64,000 nt of DNA, taken from the NCBI GenBank assembly GCA_037379345.1, contig CM074516.1:33083626-33147625 (forward strand). The letters run 5' to 3'. The position numbers and the translations under genes are program-made. The notes under the pieces are model-generated. The model was not told the DNA's origin. It worked only from the letters and a program-made list of their open reading frames with translations, and ran no database searches. Numbering within the stretch: the stretch's first letter is position 1; each line of letters begins with the position of its first letter. Source of the stretch: Perna viridis (lineage: Eukaryota). This document shows positions 55,300 to 64,000 of the stretch, in pieces.

Positions 55300-55690
55300 A
55301 TCTTTGATAAATATCAGCCAAGTTTAGATCTAGCCTTCACAAAATGCCATGTGAAATAAACTCTATCTTTCCTCGTGTTGTTCTATTTAATCTGTGGATA
55401 AAATATCGTTTTAGCTTAGAAAACAGTGCATGCCAACAATCAGGCCCTGCCGGTGTTGGATTTCACAAACAGTCGACCCAATCAGCTGTTTTGTTATGAT
55501 TGCCGGCTCCTCCCCGCTTCACTGCTTTACGATCCGTTCCAGCTATCAATCACAACTGCCAATCATTCATAAATGTCCATGGATTATCGTCACTAGCAGG
55601 ATATTTATGAATAAAATGAATCTTCCTTTGTTACCAATAATGGATTCTTTTCAGTCGAGTTATTTACTTATGTTAAACCAATTCTGGCCT
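55300..55690 (-). promoter_or_regulatory. Putative FZD4 proximal promoter
   Basis: TATA-like TTAAATAG on the minus strand (~55383-55390), CCAAT boxes (~55478, 55559, 55634, 55678), a GC-box-like tcctccccgc (~55508) and a TCF/LEF core CTTTGAT (55302-55308). Confidence 0.4.
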
Positions 55691-58600
55691 TTTGTTACGG
55701 GTCCTACGTTCTTATTCAGAGTAAATAGCTTTAATAATAACTAGATCCAACGGTGTTCGTGCTAAATCATAAATTACGGAATGTCAGTATGTCGTCAATA
55801 TAACACAAACAAACCTTCTTTAAAGTTTCCTGTCGCGGTATTAATTATATACACATGGCAGTTCAAAAATCTTTCTTTTCATATTATTTACCTCCGTTAT
55901 GGTGCTAGTTGTTTCACAATCCCGTTTATATCAAATTTACAAAGTCAGTGCCCACAGATCCTGTGAAGGTATTAATTATCCAGATGACAGTTTAAAAATT
56001 ACTTTTTACGGTGTCCCTTTCATATTATTTACCTGAATTTCGGTGTTTGTCACTTTCACCTCCTATTTTAACAGCCAAGTCATGAATTTATATAAAAACC
56101 TCTTCACTTATCAAGAATAAATATAACTACACTGTGACACTCTCAGATGTATGACATTTGTCATTTGTTTTGCTGCAGGTGTAATTCTCAAACAACTTAA
56201 TCCCTGTCAAGTTTAATTAAATCATTATAATGTAACAACGTCTCCTGTGTATAAAAGTCCATGTCGTTTTAAACCACAGGAAAATAAACGCGGTACAAGC
56301 CCTCTTTCTAGTAAAGCGTGATGCAAAAGTAAAATAGGACTTGTCACTATCCAGTGCCTCAACGACTAAAACATAGTTAAGACCTATTCGTAAATCTTTA
56401 CACATTGGAAACGCTCTCTCGGCCCGCTTTTTGAGCGTTGACTCTCGGTTTTGATACTTGTGGTTTTATTTGAACCACAACATAACCTGCACACCCATGG
56501 ATAAATGCATCAGAAAAAAACCACAACGTCCTGTGAATGTGTGTGTCGACATCCGATAATACTAATGACTTTACTATAACTGACCATGAATATTCTCCAT
56601 GTACAATTTACTTTTATGCTTTCTCATTAAAGACTATATCAATTTCTTCATGCAGTATATTTCCATGTAGAAACAATAGAGTCAATAAATGCAAGTCCAC
56701 GTTACAATACAGTGGTGAGAATAATTTTCATTACAACATCTGTTCTAGATAGAAAGTTTAACAAAGATGTAATTAATTCCACAAAATTCCATCTGAATAA
56801 ATTAGATAGTCGGACATCTGTTGCTTCTGACGACATTAAACTGATACTCTATCTATCTCTGTTGACAGCTTATTCTCACGATATGCAGTCCATAAGTCCT
56901 ACAGAGTTATAGTTCCTGATTATGGTTACTTGCTCGCCATGGGCAAAGGGAAACAACACCTGTTCAACAATAACAAGCAACTATTTTTATTCAGTTCTTA
57001 CTGTCAAACTGTTTGCATATACTAATACTTACTAAATGATCACATTAAACTTATGTATAGTTTTTCCAATAATCAATCGCAAGTTGTTTTTAATACATTT
57101 AAAGATTTAAAAAAGTATTTGTCAAACGACCAAGCTCTTGGAGAGAAGATACGTTCGATTTGATTTCGACCGCTTGATCAATTATAATATTTGCTTACAT
57201 CATGACAGCCAGTACCCATACTACTAACATTACAGACAATAAAGTACAACTACTAATATCTTTTATTGTATTCTAAACGGTATTTATTTCCCCGATGTTA
57301 AAACAATGTAATTGAAATTTCACATTTATCAATGGAAAATCTCTAGAGAAACGAGTAAATAGGATATTTTTATGCTTTTGCCAATAAATAACAATCAATA
57401 GAAATAAATCAAGTTTATAAAACAATGAATGTCTCTCAACATATCTTACGATAGTTTGAGAGTAAAGTATCCATTCTATTGGGAAATGATACCGCTAATA
57501 TGTTCTAACTCAGAATTCCCAGAGGTTTAAACACAAATATGACTTCAGTTTTTCTTTTTGTTATATATAACTATATACCAGTTTATGTATTTTCTCAAAA
57601 AAAAATGGACCCCGTTTGAAAAAAAAACCTGTTCAAATTAAATTATAGTTTACAGCTTTTATCATTTTTATGACCTATTCGTGCAAATGGTACCTTCAGC
57701 CTGATCACTAGACTCGCTAAGGAATATGCGCAAATGAGAAGATTGATTTCAGATTTCCAAAGAAGCACAAGTTGTAGGAATTATATTTAAGGAATAAAAA
57801 CTAAATAGAAAATCGGCCATACATGTGTGATGTTTCTGTAGTGTTGCATCCAACGGCAACGTTTGAACAAGATACTTATCTCCAGAGACATCTTGTTCAT
57901 ATATACATTTTGTATCTGTATACTTGTAAGGGGTATTGATGGAAAACAGGAAAGACAGAAGACACGACTACAAATGTACGAACATTAATTTTCTTATGTA
58001 GAATAAGATGGTGTCATGTCAATAGGGTTAGCAAAACCTCAACGAAACCAAAACATCAAATTATTTAAAAAATACATAGAATGAAGACATTAAAGGGTTT
58101 AATTGATCAAGATGCATATGAAACAAAGAAGATATCAAAAATATCAATAAATAATAATCCCGACATTATTGTCATAATCCACAGACGATGACGGTGTGTG
58201 TAAGAATATGATATCAGATAGAAGATTTTTACAAGTTCAGTACAACGTATGCTTAACAGACATTAGTTTTCGTCGAATCTAGAAGAATACACAGAAGAAC
58301 AAACAGTTGTTTTATCCACACTGATCATTTACACATAGTGTTATAATCTTCTTCGAAAGAAAATAATAAGTAGAGATCGACCAAACAAATGTGATGTTTG
58401 TGTAGTGTTAGCACATGACTCATTGGACAATGGTAGTATTTGGAAAAAAGACACATTGTTGCAAAGATATCTTGGTAATATAACTGAATTCTTATTATAG
58501 ATTGAAAATTTGGAAGCCGATGAAAAGCAAAACAAAACGAATTCAAATAGAAAAAGAAACAAAAAAATATGGTTTATAAATTCAACTAAACAAAATGATC

Positions 58601-59356
58601 AAGTACTAATAATAGTGATGGAAGTAGTTAGAACAAATACATAGAACTTTAAGTTGTTTTTGGAAATATATTCATGAACGAATTAATTCAGAGCTAGGAA
58701 CCCATCATAATTTCGAAACTATTGTCATCATCACCGGACGCAGGCGTAGATGTTTCAAGAGTAAAACATCGGGCAAAAGATTTATATTATTTTACTGCTA
58801 CGTATCCTTTGTGGAAATTATTTGTCTTCGACTGACTAAAAGATCAATCGAAAAAAAGCAGACAAAAAACATTCCTTCTAACAACAGGATTACATATCTG
58901 TATGCAGTATCTGTTTATAAGACTCCATTTTGTTCCCTACCCATTGAATTAAAGAAAAACTTGGATCCCACCAGGGACTCTCATAGATTTCGTGGTCTAC
59001 GAAATGCAAGAACAGGTGCTTTGTAAAAGATTTTGGAAAACTTATGATGTGTTAGAATGTCTTCTCATTCAGTTGAAATAGATCAGCCGTAAAAGACTAC
59101 TTACCACTGAAATGTAAGTTTATCTTTGTTTTTTTTTATTCTCGAAGCAATTTATAACGGCTTATGCTGTAAGCTTGTTCAAACGTCTGTTTTTGTAAAG
59201 TTACTTGTAGCCACATGATATGAAAAGTGAGATGATGCACCTTATTTGAAGAGGTTGGTTGTATGTTATATTTTAAATAAATTATTTGGGTGACAGTTTG
59301 TTTCAAAGAAAAGAAATAATGACTGTCGGTGAATTTACACAAAAAGCAAATCGAAT

Positions 59357-59610
59357 ATATATACATGCAAACGTCTCAGAATGTGACGACTCTATTCGCT
59401 ACACTACGCCATCGGATCAAACCGATACAGGGAAGATGATGTAAACTTATAGAAGGGTCTGAAAAATTCCCAACGACGTTAGAACTGTCAAATATGCGAT
59501 GCAAATTTTTGGTCGTTCCCTCTGCGGGACTCGAACTCGTACCGCTCTGACATCTATGGCAACAACGCCTGCACAAAGTCCAGCGCCCTAGACCACTCGG
59601 CCAACTAGGC
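59357..59610 (-). mobile_element. tRNA-derived SINE-like element
   Basis: Minus-strand head GCCTAGTTGGCCGAGTGGTCTAGGGCGC with an A box (TGGCCGAGTGG) and a B box (GAGTTCGAGTCC), followed by a ~150-bp body and a (TA)n tail. Confidence 0.75.
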
Positions 59611-60948
59611 TATGTACTAAAATATAGCTTTCGCTGGCCGGGTCATTCCTCCTCATAGAATTAAACTAGGGATGTAACTTAGTACACGAAGTAGTACGGG
59701 ACAGTTCATCTAGGTGTTATTATGTAGAATAGAGGATCAAATTAATGATGCATGTCACAACAAATCAATATTATACAAACGTCTCAGAATTTGACGACTC
59801 TATTCGCTACACTGCTCCATCGGATCATATTGATACAGGGAAGATATGTAAACGTATAGAAAGGTCTGAAAATATATATATATATATATATCTCTTAGAC
59901 ATTTTTTGTGGTAATGCCGAGATGACTTCATGCTTCCATACAAGGCGGGTTGTCATTACACATTGTAACAATTGCATCACAAGTCAAGTTTAGAAGTTAC
60001 ATCACACATTTTGTGATCACGAAATGCGGAGACTATAAATATAACTATTTTTGTGGGTAAGAATTCATGCCAAGGATAGTCCAATTTATTATAATTATCA
60101 TCAATTAAAGCAAAGGAGAAAGCGTTCAACAAAATGTTAAATACAAAAGACTACCTAAAATGACATTGATCTGGCCAATAAAAGTTTGGTATGAATATGC
60201 ACAGTGTGGATAAATATGTTCATTTTTCAAAGGGCTACGGCCTTGCAAAGATAAAATATGAAGCGTTTTTGCAGCCAAAAAGAAGCTGAAGAAAAGTGTC
60301 ACAGAATGCTTAATGTTCATGCTATTTTTACAGGGTCTCGTGGAAAAAAAGAAATTGAAATTCTCAGCATATATATCATGATTTGCCAAACTATCATGTC
60401 GAAGCTGGTAAAGCATTGAAGACGACCGGAAGTAGAACGTCAGTACCAACAAGTGTTTTTTTTTATGGCTAATATGAAAACTGTATTTGAATTCCATTGA
60501 ATAAGAAATGTCGGCAAAAAGAATCGAAAATCAAAATGGAAGGACAATTCGGAAGAGGCGTCAGAGACTAAGTACATGATATAAACGTGAAAACAGGTAC
60601 CAGATACGATTAACATACACAATGTAGATACAAAAATAAGATATGATCTCATGTAAAACGTAATGATAAGGAAAATATGACAGCACTCACACACACAGAG
60701 CTTTTGCAATATGGATACCCACGAATACCTGGAGTGACATTAAATGATCCGAAAGGTTTAGCATGACCTGCTCCACTAGCGGCATCCGCCAAAAACCGGT
60801 TATTATCAAGTATTGGTAGGTAATCAATCCGGAAAGACGTGAAATTTAACTGAAGATATCTTGTTACATATTCATCTTCATCATATCGTTAAAAAAATTT
60901 GTAATGACGACCATTTAACTGTTGCAGGGGTAATACATATCAGTTCGT

Positions 60949-62178
60949 ATGGAGGCATGTCTTAGCGAAATCAGTGAATGAATGAAATTAAACATGCTGA
61001 ATTTAATCATGACAAGACCGAACTCATTATATTTACAACAAAACAACGCAGAAAAGACTTTGTCAATTGTAGCATATCAGTTTTGACGGGTACATAGTAA
61101 ACGAAGCGTCAGTAGTCAAAAACCTAGGCGTGTTTTTCGATAAGACCCTGAACATGGAGAAACAAGTTAGTACAGTATAAAAGTCTTGCTTTCTACAAAT
61201 ACGCAACATAGGGCGTATAAGACAATATATAAACGACGATGCTTGCAAAACCTTAGTAAATTTTTTAGTGACATTACGTCTATACTACGGCAATGCGCAG
61301 CTGTATGGAATAAACTCCAGCAACATCAACAAACTACAGCGAGTACAAAACACTGCCACTCGATTGATATCTAGAAAATGCAAGCACGACCATACAACAC
61401 CGGCCCTAATCTCACTACTTTTGCTACCAGTGCAACATAGAAGTCGGTACAAAATCTTACTGTATACCTTTAAGACACTTAATAAGTTGACACCTGTTTG
61501 CCTGCAAGATCTTGTGAGTGTATACCATCCAACTCGAACTTTACGATCTGAAGATTACAGACTCTTAACAATACCCCGAACTCGAACGAAAATGTATGGC
61601 GAATGCAGGTTTGACAATGCATCAGCAACATTATGGAAAGTCTCCCTGATAATATTCCTCATGTGTTATCTATAGATATTTTTAAGAAACTTGTCAAGAC
61701 TCACCTTTTTAGACTAGCTTAAGGTGACAGTATCTGAGTGTACATATTGCGTCTTCTTGATTCTCAGTTAGCTTTTACCCGTACAATGTAAATAATGTGT
61801 TTTTTTTCATTTTTATCTATATTTGCTCTTTTTACCGTAATTTTTTTTTTATGTAAATGTAGATAATTTGCAATTTCTCAACTCTATTTTGATATTCTTA
61901 TTCTTTTTTTCATTAAATTTGGGGCGTGCTTGCCTGATATTTTTCCCTGTTTGATATATATTTTTAATTAATGATATTTTCATAGTGTTATATATTCAAT
62001 GCATTCATATCTTGTTAGAAATGTTTAACGATGAATTAATTAGCTTTGAAAATTTAACTTTTCCCGTTGGATTTTGTATTATTATACGTTTTATTTATTT
62101 ATGTAGTATTTTCTGTATGTATTTAGATTTTCCAGCGCTTAGAGAAAATTTAATTAGATAAGCGCTTAATAAATAATG

Positions 62179-62214
<36 letters not shown>
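60949..62214 (+). mobile_element. 5'-truncated L2-clade LINE (RT C-terminus, 3' UTR, (AAT)n tail)
   Basis: Decayed frame ...DKTELIIF...VKNLGVFFDKTLNMEKQV...QIRNIGRIRQYI...KLQRVQNTATRLI...HTTPALISLLLLPVQHR.... The 3' end has agcgctta...aagcgct followed by (aat)n. Confidence 0.9.
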
Positions 62215-62215
<1 letters not shown>

Positions 62216-63099
62216 CACTAGGCTGAACATACTTCCGCATTAATTAGAAGCTTATTTGATTATATTATTGCAAGTTTGGGTAGATGCAATATAAGCAGTC
62301 TTTGATGAAAATGATGAGTGTTGTGAATTAGACGAAACGCTCAATCAAACCATCATCGATCTCTTTTTTACATTCCTTTTATTGACGTATGTGAATTTCT
62401 AATAGATGTATCTTCAAATATTATGTTACAAACGCATTGTTATGTAATGTACTTACATCAGGTTGTTTGCCGCATTCTTTTTAAATGTCTGCAATTTATA
62501 CACAAATGTATGTTATCATTTGCTTATTAAGCACTTCTCTGTCTGGTTGAAAATGTTTACACTGTAAATACAGTGATATATCTTTACTTAATTGTCAACT
62601 GTGATTTGTTTTTTACTGCAGTTTTGATGATGCGACTATTTTTTTTAAATTTTTGACAGGATGGATTTCGGTGTAAAAAAGTAGCAGAAAAATGAATTAA
62701 TAGAACATACAAGAGTTAAACAGAAGAGCTCAAAATGCATGACCAATTTACATTCTTCAACTGAATGTTTTTGATTCTCTAGTGAGGCAGTAGAAAACTG
62801 TTAATTAATAAAATTATCTACTCAGCATTTGACATAGACATGGACTTAAGAATATTTCTTCGCATCAAAGTTGAGACACAGTTCCTTATAGAAGTTTTTG
62901 CCCTTGAAAGGTAAACAATAAAACATTTTTTCCCCAATATCTTGGATCCTGAAACACACAGGACGAATCTATAGTAAATGAAGGAAAAAAATAACTATTT
63001 AGCGTTCGATCAGTGGCATAGTCTATAGGACAGGTAACTTTCCATCTTTGCTTTTCTCTATCCCTAGATTTTTATTTGAATCAACATGTAAAACAACTT

Positions 63100-63650
63100 T
63101 CACATCAAGTATACACTGTACTTTTCTAAAGGTTCAAAATGGATATGGACAAAAGATTTATAAGAAGTTGAAATATCATAGGTTTTAATGCTATTGTATT
63201 CCTTAATTTACGGTATCCAGGAAATCTTCAGAATTCAGAAGATCCACATTTAATTAATACAACTGCGGGAGTAACCAGTTCGGTAGGACCCTCTTTGACA
63301 GCTGTGAGTGTAGAAGTTTAAAGTTTTTAAAGAGGTTTGGTAGTACATTTGCAGATCCAGTTATGTAGCGTTGTTTGTATGAATTCGTTTTGAGTTTAGG
63401 AATTCGGTATATAGAAGGTAGATCACAATCATCGTCTAGAGAGACCAAAATAGGATAATAAATAGGAAACAGAGATTAACTGCGTACTCAAAGTAGCGAA
63501 CTGAATAAATTACACTTGCATATAAAAACTGGAAAAAAGGAAAAGAAGACTCCACAAAAAATATGTCTTGCAATCTGACATCCCCAAAAAAAATTAGGTG
63601 CTGCAGAAGGGTAAGCAAGTCCTTTTTTTAGCCAGCGACACCCGTCACAT
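63100..63650 (-). mobile_element. Decayed Penelope-like RT fragment with an upstream copy of the element's 3' hairpin
   Basis: LPSIYRIPKLKTNSYKQRYITGS (cf. LPxLYWIPKLHK) and IKTYDISTSY (cf. FDFSTLY). Hairpin GTGACGGGTG...GCACCT at 63594-63648. Confidence 0.7.
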
Positions 63651-64000
63651 CGCAAGTAAGTCAAGTCCGGTTCGAGTCCAGCTACAATAATGTTACTCTA
63701 TGACACACTTTGTTAAGTGTAAAAAAAGTCACATCATAATCGATGGAACAATCTAGGTACGATATCAGTTGATTTTACAGAGTAACTTTAACTTTGAAAT
63801 GGTGAAATAGTATCCAAAGCAAAAATATAATTTATTAAAAACATCCAGAATACGGTACCGTGAGGGAGCGTGACAATGCAATGTAAAATACTTGCACATC
63901 AATCAAGACAAACTTATCGTTTAACAAAACAACTACCTGCATTCACTAATTACACTCTAAAAATAATCAAGGCTGATGTGAGTAGTGTACATGACAACCG

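Noticed and set aside
59515-59610. Functional tRNA gene
   Set aside because: A and B boxes are present, but there is no acceptor-stem pairing or clean anticodon arm, and the sequence continues into a repeat body.

Overview
AT-rich, repeat-laden animal genomic DNA; the repeat landscape looks most like a bivalve mollusc (my inference). Two protein-coding genes are supported, both on the minus strand. One is a Frizzled-4 with an intronless CDS (53343-55130, 595 aa). About 47.6 kb downstream of it lie the first three coding exons of TMEM135 (5598-5750, 2253-2380, 592-681), which appears to continue past the left edge of the window. FZD4 and TMEM135 are also neighbours in the human genome, which suggests ancient microsynteny with a changed relative orientation. 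I found no gene between them. That interval holds a ~5 kb TTAA-flanked element with ~1-1.15 kb inverted arms containing a ~170-bp satellite and nested Helentron-like elements, a Penelope-like RT fragment, MITEs, minisatellites, candidate enhancer clusters and a 135-N assembly gap. RTE, L2, tRNA-SINE and further Penelope-like remnants lie in the TMEM135 introns or upstream of FZD4. No CRISPR array, rRNA or intact tRNA was found.
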